A stretch of DNA of 64,000 nt from positions 18,664 through 82,663 of the forward strand of contig CAVUTL010000001.1 in assembly GCA_963744505.1 (NCBI GenBank), given 5' to 3'. A program made the position numbers and the translations under genes. The notes below the pieces were generated by a model. That model worked only from the letters and a program-made list of their open reading frames with translations. It had not been told where the DNA came from and ran no database searches. Positions 16,580 through 26,033 of the stretch are shown in pieces. The DNA comes from an uncultured Gaiellaceae bacterium (GTDB taxonomy: Bacteria; Actinomycetota; Thermoleophilia; Gaiellales; Gaiellaceae). Position 1 is the first letter of the stretch; each line of letters opens with the position of its first letter.

Positions 16580-17674
16580 ATGCGAGTCGCGGTTCCGAAG
16601 GAGACGGCTCCCGGCGAGCGTCGCGTCGCGCTCGTCCCCGAGACGATCTCGAAGCTCCGCGAGGTCGGGTTCGAAGTACGTGTCGAGCGCGGTGCCGGAG
16701 AGCACGCGGGGTTCTCGGACGCGGAATACGAGAGCGCCGGAGCCGAGCTCGCCGACGCGGGAACGCTGCTCGCCTCGGTCGACGCGATCGCATGTGTGGC
16801 ACGTCCCGCAGCGGGCGTCGTGACCTCGATCGCGTCGGGCACGGTCGTCATCGGCTTTCTGGAGCCACTCACCGACCCCGAGGGCATCGCTCGGCTACGC
16901 GAACAGGGAGTCGTCGCGTTCGCAATGGAGTCGATTCCACGGATCACCCGTGCACAGTCGATGGACGCGCTTTCATCACAGGCGACCGTCGCCGGGTACA
17001 AGGCGGTCGTGCTCGCCGCCGATCGCGTGCCACGCCTCTTCCCCATGCTGATGACCGCCGCAGGGACGATCGCACCGGTGCGGGCTCTCGTCATCGGGGC
17101 GGGCGTCGCCGGGCTGCAGGCGATCGCGACGGCGCGGCGGCTCGGTGCCGTCGTCTCCGCGTTCGACGTGCGCTCCGCGGTCGCGGAGCAGGTGGAAAGC
17201 CTCGGCGCGGCGTTTCTCGACCTCGGCGTCCGTGCGGAAGAGACGACCGGCGGATATGCGAGCGAGCTCACGTCAGAGCAGCAGGCGCAGCAGCAGGCAG
17301 CGCTCGAGGAGCGGATCCCCGACTTCGACGTCGTGATCACGACGGCCGCAGTACCGGGGCGCCCGGCGCCGAAGCTCATTCCCACAAGCGCCGTCGAGCG
17401 CATGCGGCGCGGCTCGGTCATCGTCGATCTCGCCGCCGAAACGGGCGGGAACTGCGAGGTCACAAGGCCCGGGGAGGTCACTCAACACGGCGGCGTGACG
17501 GTGATCGGCACGACGAACCTCCCGTCCACGATGGCGTACCACGCGAGCCAGCTCTACTCCCGGAACGTCGGAGCGCTGCTCTTCCACCTCGCGCCCGAGG
17601 GCGAGCTCGCGCTCGACTGGGACGACGAGATCACCAGCGGGGCGTGCGTTACCCGACCAGAAGGCGCGGCGTGA
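16580..17674 (+). CDS. pntAA: NAD(P) transhydrogenase subunit alpha, part 1
   Basis: MRVAVPKETAPGERRVALVPE, Rossmann motif VIGAGVAGLQAIATARRLGA. Confidence 0.9.
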   Translation: MRVAVPKETAPGERRVALVPETISKLREVGFEVRVERGAGEHAGFSDAEYESAGAELADAGTLLASVDAIACVARPAAGVVTSIASGTVVIGFLEPLTDPEGIARLREQGVVAFAMESIPRITRAQSMDALSSQATVAGYKAVVLAADRVPRLFPMLMTAAGTIAPVRALVIGAGVAGLQAIATARRLGAVVSAFDVRSAVAEQVESLGAAFLDLGVRAEETTGGYASELTSEQQAQQQAALEERIPDFDVVITTAAVPGRPAPKLIPTSAVERMRRGSVIVDLAAETGGNCEVTRPGEVTQHGGVTVIGTTNLPSTMAYHASQLYSRNVGALLFHLAPEGELALDWDDEITSGACVTRPEGAA

Positions 17675-17979
17675 GCCAACTTACGTTTGTCGTCGAGCTG
17701 ACGATCCTGGTGCTGGCCGCGTTCCTCGGCTTCGAGGTGATCTCGAAGGTGCCGACGATGCTGCACACGCCGTTGATGTCCGGAACGAACTTCATCCACG
17801 GCATCGTCATCGTCGGCGCGATCATCGTCCTCGGGTTCGCGGACGACACCTTCACGAAGACCGTTGGCTTCGTCGCGATGGTGCTCGCGACCGCGAATGT
17901 CGTCGGCGGCTGGTTCGTGACCGACCGGATGCTCGAGATGTTCAAGCGACGCCCGGAGCCGAAGAGAGACGACCGGTGA
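17671..17979 (+). CDS. pntAB: NAD(P) transhydrogenase subunit alpha, part 2 (membrane)
   Basis: The GTG at 17671 overlaps the pntAA stop. Sequence VSQLTFVVELTILVLAAFLGFEVISKVP...TPLMSGTNFIHGIV gives three TM helices. Confidence 0.85.
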   Translation: MSQLTFVVELTILVLAAFLGFEVISKVPTMLHTPLMSGTNFIHGIVIVGAIIVLGFADDTFTKTVGFVAMVLATANVVGGWFVTDRMLEMFKRRPEPKRDDR

Positions 17980-19364
17980 TCTCTGATCCGGACGTCGTCG
18001 GCCTCCTCTACCTCGTCGCGATCGTCTGCTTCGTCCTCGCGCTCCGCTTCCTCTCCTCGCCGAAGCACGCACGGCGTGGGAACTGGCTCGGAGGCGTCGG
18101 GATGCTGGTCGCGATCGCGACGACGCTGCTCATCGAGGGGATCTCCAACTGGGCGCTGATCGTCGTGGCGGCGGCCATCGGGAGCGTCGTGGGCCTGATC
18201 GGCGCGCGCAAGGTGAAGATGACGGCGATGCCGCAGATGGTGGCCCTGTTCAACGGGGTCGGCGGCGGTGCGGCGGCGCTCGTCGCGCTCGCCGAGTTTC
18301 ACGAGCTCGACGGCGTTCTCGTCTGGGACGAGGCGCTCTCCGTCGCACTGTCGGCTCTCATCGGCTCGATCTCGTTCTCGGGGTCGCTCGTCGCCTTCGC
18401 GAAGCTCCAGGAGCTCGTCAGCGGGCGGCCGATCGTGTTCCCCGGTCAGAACGTCGTGAACGTCCTGATCCTCGGCGGGGCCGCGGTACTCGGCGTCGCG
18501 ATCGTCGCCGGGCTCGAGGCCGAGTGGGCGATCCTCGCGCTGATCCTCCTCGCGCTCGTCTTCGGCGTGATGTTCGTGCTTCCGATCGGCGGCGCGGACA
18601 TGCCCGTCGTCATCTCCCTCCTGAACGCGTTCACGGGGCTCGCCGCCTCGGCGACGGGTTTCGTCCTCGACTCGACCGTCCTGATCGTCGCCGGAATGCT
18701 CGTCGGCGCGTCGGGCACGTTGCTCACGCTGCTCATGGCCAAGGCGATGAACCGCTCGGTCGCGAACGTCCTCTTCGGCGCGTTCGGGCAGGTGCAGGCG
18801 GGCACCGGCCAGGCTCGTGCCGACGACGGGCGCACGGTACGCGCGACGACGGCGGACGACGTCGCCGTGCAGCTCTCGTTCGCGCGCAAGGTCGTCGTCG
18901 TCCCGGGCTACGGGATGGCCGTCGCGCAGGCACAGCACGACGTGCGCCAGCTCGCCGATCTCCTCGAGGAGCGCGGTGTCGACGTGAAGTACGCCATCCA
19001 CCCGGTCGCCGGCCGGATGCCGGGGCACATGAACGTGCTCCTCGCCGAAGCCAACGTGCCGTACACGCAGCTCTCCGAGATGGACGACATCAACCCGGAG
19101 TTCCCACAGACGGACGTCGCGCTGGTGATCGGCGCGAACGACGTCACGAACCCGGCCGCGCGGAGCGACACCGGCAGCCCGATCTACGGCATGCCCATCC
19201 TGGACGTCGACAAGGCCGCCAGCATCGTCGTCATGAAGCGCTCCATGAACCCCGGGTTCGCCGGCATCGACAACGAGCTCTACCTCGATCCGAAGACCAC
19301 GATGCTCTTCGGTGACGCGAAGGAGTCGGTGCTGAAGCTGATCTCCTCCGTGAAGTCGTCCTAG
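17976..19364 (+). CDS. pntB: NAD(P) transhydrogenase subunit beta
   Basis: 462 aa with a polytopic N-terminus and a C-terminal NADP(H) domain (VPGYGMAVAQAQH...GANDVTNPAA). The start is a GTGA overlap. Confidence 0.9.
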   Translation: MISDPDVVGLLYLVAIVCFVLALRFLSSPKHARRGNWLGGVGMLVAIATTLLIEGISNWALIVVAAAIGSVVGLIGARKVKMTAMPQMVALFNGVGGGAAALVALAEFHELDGVLVWDEALSVALSALIGSISFSGSLVAFAKLQELVSGRPIVFPGQNVVNVLILGGAAVLGVAIVAGLEAEWAILALILLALVFGVMFVLPIGGADMPVVISLLNAFTGLAASATGFVLDSTVLIVAGMLVGASGTLLTLLMAKAMNRSVANVLFGAFGQVQAGTGQARADDGRTVRATTADDVAVQLSFARKVVVVPGYGMAVAQAQHDVRQLADLLEERGVDVKYAIHPVAGRMPGHMNVLLAEANVPYTQLSEMDDINPEFPQTDVALVIGANDVTNPAARSDTGSPIYGMPILDVDKAASIVVMKRSMNPGFAGIDNELYLDPKTTMLFGDAKESVLKLISSVKSS

Positions 19365-19365
19365 C

Positions 19366-20301
19366 GTGATCCCGGTCTTCCGCACCGCCGACGTCGAGCG
19401 AGCCGTCTCGCCGAACGAGGCGTACGACGCCGTTCGCGCCGCGTTCGAAGCGCATGCTCGACGGACGTGGTCGATGCCGTCGAAGGTCTACGTCTCCAAC
19501 TACCCCGCGGGCGACTTCCGCGCCATGCCGGCGATCGGTGACGGCCACGCGCTGCTGAAGTGGGTGACGTCGTTTCCGGGGAACCCGGCCCGCGGCCTGC
19601 CGACGGTGACGGGGCTCGTGCTCCTCTCAGACGCGGAGGACGGACGGCTCCTCGCGATACTCGACGCCGCGGCGGTCACCGCGCTGAGAACGGCCGCGGC
19701 GGGTGTCCTCGCGGCGGACACGCTCTGCCGCGCCGAGGCCTCCTCGTACGCGGTCATCGGGTGCGGACCGAACGGCGCGGAGACCGCCCGCATGCTCGTG
19801 GCGCGCGGCGTCACTCCACTCGTCTGGGATCTGGACGAGGCTCGGCGCGAGTTGGTCGCGCAGCGACTCGGTGCCAGAGTTGCGGCGAGCGCGGAGGAGG
19901 CTCTCGCCTGCGAGGTGGTGGTCACCGTGACGCCCGGCGCGGAGGTTCTCTATCCGGCAGGCTCGCTCGAGGCGGGCCAGCACGTCTCGCTCATGGGCGC
20001 CGACGGGCCCGGGAAGGCGGAGGTCGCCATCGAGGAGCTCGGTCGCGCACACCTGTTCTGCGACGACTGGGAGCAGGCGAGCCATGGGGGTGAGCTTGCC
20101 GCGGCCGTCGCAACCGGGGCAGTCAGGCAGGAGGACGTCACGGAGCTCGGAGCCGCGCTCCTCGGCGAGGCGGAGGGTCGACGAAGTGCGGGCGACGTCA
20201 CGCTGTTCGACTCGACGGGCCTCGCGATCCAGGATCTCGCGATAGCGAAGGCGGCCTACGCGAAGGCCGCCGAGCTCGAGCTGCAGTGGATCGAGCTGTA
20301 G
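19366..20301 (+). CDS. Ornithine cyclodeaminase / mu-crystallin family protein
   Basis: 311 aa with AVTALRTAAA and a Rossmann motif IGCGPNGA. It starts 1 nt after the pntB stop. Confidence 0.75.
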   Translation: MIPVFRTADVERAVSPNEAYDAVRAAFEAHARRTWSMPSKVYVSNYPAGDFRAMPAIGDGHALLKWVTSFPGNPARGLPTVTGLVLLSDAEDGRLLAILDAAAVTALRTAAAGVLAADTLCRAEASSYAVIGCGPNGAETARMLVARGVTPLVWDLDEARRELVAQRLGARVAASAEEALACEVVVTVTPGAEVLYPAGSLEAGQHVSLMGADGPGKAEVAIEELGRAHLFCDDWEQASHGGELAAAVATGAVRQEDVTELGAALLGEAEGRRSAGDVTLFDSTGLAIQDLAIAKAAYAKAAELELQWIEL

Positions 20302-20321
20302 GGGCGAGGCTTGCCTCGCCC
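20302..20321. terminator. Bidirectional hairpin wedged between two convergent stop codons
   Basis: GGGCGAGGC-TT-GCCTCGCCC. The 24-nt string TAGGGGCGAGGCTTGCCTCGCCCT recurs exactly at 53691..53714. Confidence 0.65.
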
Positions 20322-21454
20322 TAATGGACAAGCAGCCGGGCGGGCTCGAAGAGGTCGAGGAGCGGGTCGCGGTCGCCGAGGATCGCCCGCGCCACGAGCC
20401 TGCCCGAAGCGAACCCCAGCACATTGCCGTGCCCTGAGTAGCCGCCGGCGACCCAGAGCTGCTCGTCGCCGGGAACGCGCCCGATCACGGGAAGGAAGTC
20501 GAAGACCATCCCGAAGATCCCGGCCCAGCGGAAGTCGATCCGCAACGGCCGGCCGACATGCTCCTCGACGAAACGCTCGAGCGCACCTTGAACGACCGGG
20601 GTCGTGATCTCCTCCGCCGTGAATTCGGTGTCGAGCGAGACGTCTCGGAAACCGCCCGCGACGATCCTGCCGTCCAGCCGCTGGTGCCAGTAGTCGAAAC
20701 CGTGACGCCCGTAGTGCGGGACTTCGAAGAGCATCTCGTCGATCGGCTCTGTTGCAATCACCTGACCACGGGTCGGAACGATGAGCCCTTCCAGCTCGCC
20801 GAGAAGGCCGCTCGGGTAGCCGTCGGTGGCGACGACCACCGTCGGCGCTCCCGTCTCGTGGGCTGAGCCGATGCGCGTGTGCTCGTGGATCTCGACACCG
20901 GCTTCCGCGGCCCGCTGTGCGAGCCTGCGGACGAGCCGGGCGGGTTGGAGAACGGCGTCGGGAGGGTGGAACACCGCAGCCGGGTAGCGACCTGCGAGCG
21001 GCTGCGGGAGATCCTCGCGCCACTCTGCGGCGAATCCTGCGTCGATCAGCGCGTCGTACTCCTCGCGTAGCTCCTCGCGCTCCTCGTCGTCGACGGCGAG
21101 GCGAAGGCTCCCCGTCCAGCGGAGAGCATCGCCGGCGTGGGCACCGAGCTCGCGGAGCTCCGCCTCGGTCCAGCGCCAGAGCGCCGTCGTGGCCTCCTCG
21201 CCGATCGAGTCCGCGAGCACGGGGAACGGCGCAGCACCGCCGCGCAGGGCGAAGCCGCCATTGCGGCCGCTCGCACCACCCGCAATCTCGCGCCCTTCGA
21301 ATAGGCGAACCCTTCGGCCGGCCTCGGCGAGCGCCAGCGCGCAGGCGCAACCGGTGATTCCACCGCCGACGACCGCGACGTCCGCCTCGCCGCGGAGCTC
21401 GACTGCGGGCAGCGGATCGGCCGGCTCGGCGAGCCAGTACGAGGTCGTCGACAT
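20321..21454 (-). CDS. FAD-dependent oxidoreductase (DAO family)
   Basis: 377 aa with an N-terminal DVAVVGGGITGCACALALAEAG dinucleotide fold. Confidence 0.8.
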   Translation of the reverse strand: MSTTSYWLAEPADPLPAVELRGEADVAVVGGGITGCACALALAEAGRRVRLFEGREIAGGASGRNGGFALRGGAAPFPVLADSIGEEATTALWRWTEAELRELGAHAGDALRWTGSLRLAVDDEEREELREEYDALIDAGFAAEWREDLPQPLAGRYPAAVFHPPDAVLQPARLVRRLAQRAAEAGVEIHEHTRIGSAHETGAPTVVVATDGYPSGLLGELEGLIVPTRGQVIATEPIDEMLFEVPHYGRHGFDYWHQRLDGRIVAGGFRDVSLDTEFTAEEITTPVVQGALERFVEEHVGRPLRIDFRWAGIFGMVFDFLPVIGRVPGDEQLWVAGGYSGHGNVLGFASGRLVARAILGDRDPLLDLFEPARLLVH

Positions 21455-21466
21455 GAAGCGGGCATC

Positions 21467-22324
21467 CTAGAGCGCGGCCCGATAGACACCGTCCTCGAGC
21501 GTGACGCGGCCGGCGAGCTCGAGCTCGATCAGCGCCGCCGCGCCCTCACCCGTCTCGACGGCGGCGGCTCGAACGAGCTCGTCCGCGGTGAAGGCACCTT
21601 CGCCCAGCCGCGTCAAGAGGGCCGCAGCGACGGTGCCCACTGTGACAGCCGCTCGCGCAGCCGGTTCGAGGCCGTACGCCTCGAGCACGTCCGCGGCGCC
21701 CGTCACGGGAGTGGCGCCCAGTCGGAGCAGCGCATTCGTGCCCGCGGACAGCGTCGAGGTGATCTCACCCGGGACGGCGAGCACCTCGCGCCCTTCCTCG
21801 AGCGCGAAGTCGGCGGTGATCAGCGCGCCGCTACGCTCGCGCGCCTCGATCACGACGGTGGCCCCACACAGACCCGCGATGATCCGGTTCCGGGCTGGGA
21901 ACCGCCACGGCGCCGGCTCGACTCCGGGCTCGTACTCGGAGATCACGACGCCGCCGGTCTCGCAGATGCGACGCGCGAGCTCCGCGTGAGCCGCCGGGTA
22001 GTCGCGATCGATCCCGCAGCCCAGGACGGCGACAGTCGCACCTCCTGCATCGAGCGCTCCGCGATGCGCCTCGCCGTCGATCCCGCGCGCCATGCCGCTG
22101 ACCACGACGAGACCCGCGGCGGCCAGATCGCGCGCCAGCGAGCGTGCGACCGAGCGACCGTAGGACGAGCACGACCGCGCGCCGACTACCGCCACCGCAT
22201 GCCCAGCAAGAGCCTCGGCGCCCGCACTCCCTCGGAGATAGAGCTGCGGCGGCGGGTCGTGAATCGCCGCGAGGAGCGGCGGAAACGCGGCATCCCGTAG
22301 CCGGATGCACCCAGTCGGAGTCAC
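21467..22324 (-). CDS. dprA: DNA-processing protein DprA (short form)
   Basis: This is the tail of ORF 21467..23827: VAVVGARSCSSYG...VVSGMARGIDGEAHRGAL...VVIEARERSGALITA. The GTG at 22324 overlaps the comM stop (GTGA). Confidence 0.85.
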   Translation of the reverse strand: MTPTGCIRLRDAAFPPLLAAIHDPPPQLYLRGSAGAEALAGHAVAVVGARSCSSYGRSVARSLARDLAAAGLVVVSGMARGIDGEAHRGALDAGGATVAVLGCGIDRDYPAAHAELARRICETGGVVISEYEPGVEPAPWRFPARNRIIAGLCGATVVIEARERSGALITADFALEEGREVLAVPGEITSTLSAGTNALLRLGATPVTGAADVLEAYGLEPAARAAVTVGTVAAALLTRLGEGAFTADELVRAAAVETGEGAAALIELELAGRVTLEDGVYRAAL

Positions 22325-23806
22325 GCCGCTGGCAGCTCTCCGGGCATGCGGTACGAGAGCGCTTCGGCGACATGCGACGGCTCGACCGCAGCCGCCCCGG
22401 CCAGCGCCGCGATCGTGCGGGCGACCCGCGCGACCCGCGTCCGCCCGCGACCGGACAGCGGGAGACGGTCGACGGCACTGGAGAGAAGCTCGGAGGCCGC
22501 GTCCACACGGCGGGGCGGCGAGCGCCCGAGTTGCTTCCGGGCTCCGAGAACACGAGCCCGAACACGCTCCGATGGCTCGGCTCTCGGAGCGGCGAGCTCT
22601 GCCGCCCGAGGCCGAGGCATCGCAACCGCAAGGTCGAAGCGATCGAGCAGCGCGCGCGACAGCTTCTCTCGGTAGGCGGAGAGCCTCTGCGTCGAACACG
22701 CACATTCGAGCGCGGGATCCCCACGTCCGCCACACGGGCACATGTTCATCGTCCCCACGAGCTGGAAGCGCGCCGGGAAGATCGCGTGCCCGCCCACGCG
22801 TGCGACGGCGACGAACCCGTCTTCGAGCGGCTGCCGCAGCGACTCGAGCACGGAGCGCGGGAACTCCGGAAGCTCGTCCATGAACAGGACCCCTCGATGC
22901 GCGAGGGACACCTCGCCCGGACGCGGGCTCGGGCCGCCTCCGACGATCGCCGGTGCGGACGCCCCGTGGTGGGGCGCGCGGAACGGCGGCACCGCGACGA
23001 GCGCGCGCCCCGGCGGCAGGAGCCCGGCAACCGAGTGGATGCGCGTGACCTCCAGCGATTCCTCCCGCGACAGCGTCGGCAGGATCCCCGGGAGCCTGCG
23101 TGCGAGCATCGTCTTGCCCGTTCCGGGCGGGCCCATCAGCAGGAGGTTGTGCCCTCCGGCCGCGGCGATCTCGAGCGCGCGGCGCGCACGCTCCTGCCCT
23201 CGCAGATCGGCCAGATCCAGGACCGCAGCACCGACGACCTCGTTCTCGTCGATCGGCTCGAACGACGGGGCGTCGATCTGCCCGCGGAAGTACTCGACCG
23301 CCTCGTGAAGATGACGCACCGGGACGGGCTCGATCCCCGCGAGCGCAGCCTCCGGAGCCGACTCGGCTGCGCAGACGAGCCGTGTCAGACCGGCACGCGC
23401 CGCTCCTTCGGCGACGGCAAGCGTGCCCGAGACCGAGCGGATGGTGCCGTCGAGAGCGAGCTCCCCGACGGCGGCGTGCTCGGCAAGCCGCTCGGGCGGG
23501 AGCTGCCTCGTCGCTCCGAGCACCGCAAGCGCGATGGGGAGATCGAAGCCGGAGCCTTCCTTCCGAAGGGCGGCGGGAGCCAGGTTGACCGTGATGCGCC
23601 GGTTGAGCGGCCACTCGAGCGCGGCGGAGACCACACCGCTCCGGACGCGATGCTTCGCCTCCTGGCACGCGCGGTCTGCGAGCCCCACGATCGCGAACGC
23701 CGGGAATGCCCGGCTGAAGGTGGGCCTCGACCTCGACCTTGCGCGGCTCGAGGCCCACGAGAGCGTGGGTGACCGCCTTCGCGAGCACCCACGCCACGGT
23801 AGGCAC
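22321..23806 (-). CDS. comM: Mg-chelatase-like AAA+ protein ComM/YifB, with a frame break near 23700
   Basis: ORF 22321..23688 carries RITVNLAPAALRKEGSGFDLPIA and Walker A LLMGPPGTGKTMLA. The N-terminus (VPTVAWVLAKAVTHALVGLE...VEVEAHLQPGIP) is in another frame, and the join is at CCCGGCG where CCCGCG is expected. The start is uncertain (23806 or 23797). Confidence 0.85.
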
Positions 23807-23856
23807 TGCGGCGCGATCGGTGATCACACCGCAGTGCCGAGTTCGCTACGAAAGCG

Positions 23857-24472
23857 CTACGTCGTCGGCGTGTAGCAGAGGACGTGCACGGTGAAGGTGC
23901 TCGTGTTGCCGCTGTCGTTGAGGCCGACGCCGAGGAACCCGACGACCTGGCTCTGTCCGTTCAGCTGCGGCTCGAGCTCGCCGGTCATCAGCTCGCGGCC
24001 CCCAGCGTCATCGCTCCAGGACGTGCCCGCGGAGATGGCCCGCTCGGTCCCCTGGCAGAGCGCAGTGACACGGCGCGAGTTGTATTCGCCATTCTCAGCC
24101 GTGCCGCCGTCGACGCTCCCCGAGGCGGTCCGGACGGTGATCGGGCCGATCACACCAGGAGCTCCCCTTGCTCCGGCTGCGCCTGCAGCGCCCGGCGGAC
24201 CCGCAGGCCCCTGCGGACCAGTCGGGCCCGCGGGAAGCTGGCCGGGTGCGAAGTCGACTCGCAGGAGCGACCGGTTCGCGACCTTCGCCGAGTTCACAGC
24301 GTTGTTCCGAATCTTCGGATTCGTGACAGCGCCGAACTGAAGCTGACGCGGCCCCACGCTGTTGGGGGCCGAGCTGCCCGACCGCTGCGATGCTCGTCCC
24401 ACCGAGCGCTACCAGCAGCGCGAGGCAGGCAACAACCATCGCCGGCGAGGGCCGGCGCAAGAGCTTTCTCAT
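23857..24472 (-). CDS. Secreted collagen-like (Gly-X-Y) repeat protein, with a frame break in the G5 run at 24364-24368
   Basis: The signal/TM segment MRKLLRRPSPAMVVACLALLVALGGTSIAAV is in the frame of ORF 24095..24652. It joins ...NSVGPRQLQFGAVTNPKIRNNAVNSAKVANRSLL...GPTGPQGPAGPPGAAGAAGARGAPG plus a 2-Cys globular tail (ORF 23857..24402). SD AAGGGG lies before ATG 24472. Confidence 0.8.
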
Positions 24473-24552
24473 GTCGTATACCCCTTTCTCGGTGGCCTGC
24501 CCGGGCCAGGCTACCCCCGGTGTCGGCCGACTTCGGGGCCCCGACCGATCTC

Positions 24553-25672
24553 TTACGTTTCTCGTACACAGACCAGAATCGACTCGAAGTACTCCCCTGC
24601 GCGGCGACCGGTACGTCGGTTCACATGTCGCTCGAGTCGATCGACGAGGCACAGACCGCTTCGACGAAGGATCTCCGGGTAGAGGTCGCGACGATCGTTG
24701 ACGACGACGAGAACCGGCGCGTCCGGCTCGAGCGACTCGGAGCCCCGACGGAGCACGCCCGAGACACCGTCCACGTAGTCCTCGATCGCGCGGCGACTCG
24801 TGCCGCGAGCCGCCGCGCCGAGCTCACGCTCGCGGCGGTCGTCGAGACCGAGGAGCTCGTAGGCATAGCGATGCTGCTCGTGGTAGTCGATCAGGCCCGG
24901 GTACGGCGGCGAGGTGACGATCCCGTCGAACACGCCGTCGAATCGCCACATCGTTCGCGTCGCCGTGGCGGACCTCGGCCACGCGCCCACTCGCACGCAC
25001 CTTCTCGAAGTCCTTCAGGCGCTCGAGCGTGTCGACGAGGTAGCGCGAGAGGAACTTGTCGGCCTCCTGCACCGGCGTGCAGGTGCGCCGATGCTTGTGG
25101 CACCAATACGGCTCGTGCTGGGCTGCGACGGGGAACTCGAGGTCGAAGTGCGTCGTGAGCCGGGCAGAGCGCGCGGCCCGCGCGAGCACGACGCGCAGGA
25201 CGTCCGCGTGCTCGTAGTCGTCGAGCAGCGACCGGAAGTGGAGGAGCTCTGCCGCTGCAGTCGGCGAGTACCACTCGCGGACGTATCCGCGCGGCCGCGC
25301 GCGGGATCGGCCGCGGCGTGCGAGCGCCGATCGTACGTCGATCTCGAGCGCGAACAGGTCGTACTCGGCCGTCTTCACGCGCATGAGCAGGCAGTTGAAG
25401 GAAGCGATGTCGACCCCGACCGCGTCGTAGCCCGACTCGAGACACTGGACGAGCGTCGTCCCCGAGCCGGCGAACGGGTCGAGCACGCGGCCGCCCGGCT
25501 TCACGTACCGGTCGAGCAGCGCCTCGACGAGCTGAGGCACGAACTTCCCCAGGTACGGATGGAGACGGTGCACGTGCTTCGTGCGCTCGCGTTCGGGCAG
25601 CTCGGCCTCCGACCACGAGAGCCGGAGGTCCCCGACGAGCTCGTCGTAGAGGGCGGCCTGCGTGGGAGCCAT
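24553..25672 (-). CDS. Orphan DNA methyltransferase (N4-C or N6-A) with FxGxG motif I N-terminal and an SPPY catalytic motif C-terminal; frame break near 24945
   Basis: MAPTQAALYDEL...HPYLGKFVPQLVEALL...VLDPFAGSGTT (the middle of ORF 24824..26665) continues after the break as ...FDGVFDGIVTSPPYPGLIDY (ORF 24553..24996). SD GAAGGAG lies 5 nt before ATG 25672. The stop is TAA. Confidence 0.8.
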
Positions 25673-26033
25673 GGAGGCTCCTTCGACAGGCCCGAGCGCG
25701 GTCCTCGTCAGCGGCACCCGCTCGACGCGGCGGCCGCGAACCCCAGCCGCCTCGTACGAGACCTCGAGCCCGCCCAGCTCGGGATGCGATGCGAGCCAGC
25801 CGGCGGCGGCTGTGTGGACGTGGCGTACCTTCTCCTCGTCGAGCATCTCGAGCGGGTGCCCGTATCCGTCGCCACCCTTCTCCTTCACCTCGACGACCAG
25901 CAGCCGGCGACCGCGGCGCAGGATCAGGTCGAGCTCGTACCTGCCGACCCATGCGTTCGCGGCCACGAGCCGGTATCCGCGGAGCCTGTAGTGAAGGAGG
26001 GCGCGGCGTTCGCCGCGGTTCACGCGGCCTCGA
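25673..26033 (-). CDS. yraN: YraN/UPF0102 family endonuclease-like protein; 3' end undefined because no in-frame stop precedes the MTase ATG
   Basis: VNRGERRALLHYRLRGYRLVAANAWVGRYELDLILRRGRRLLVVEVKEK...LEVSYEAAGV. The GTG at 26033 overlaps the corrected rnhB stop (GTGA). Confidence 0.7.
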
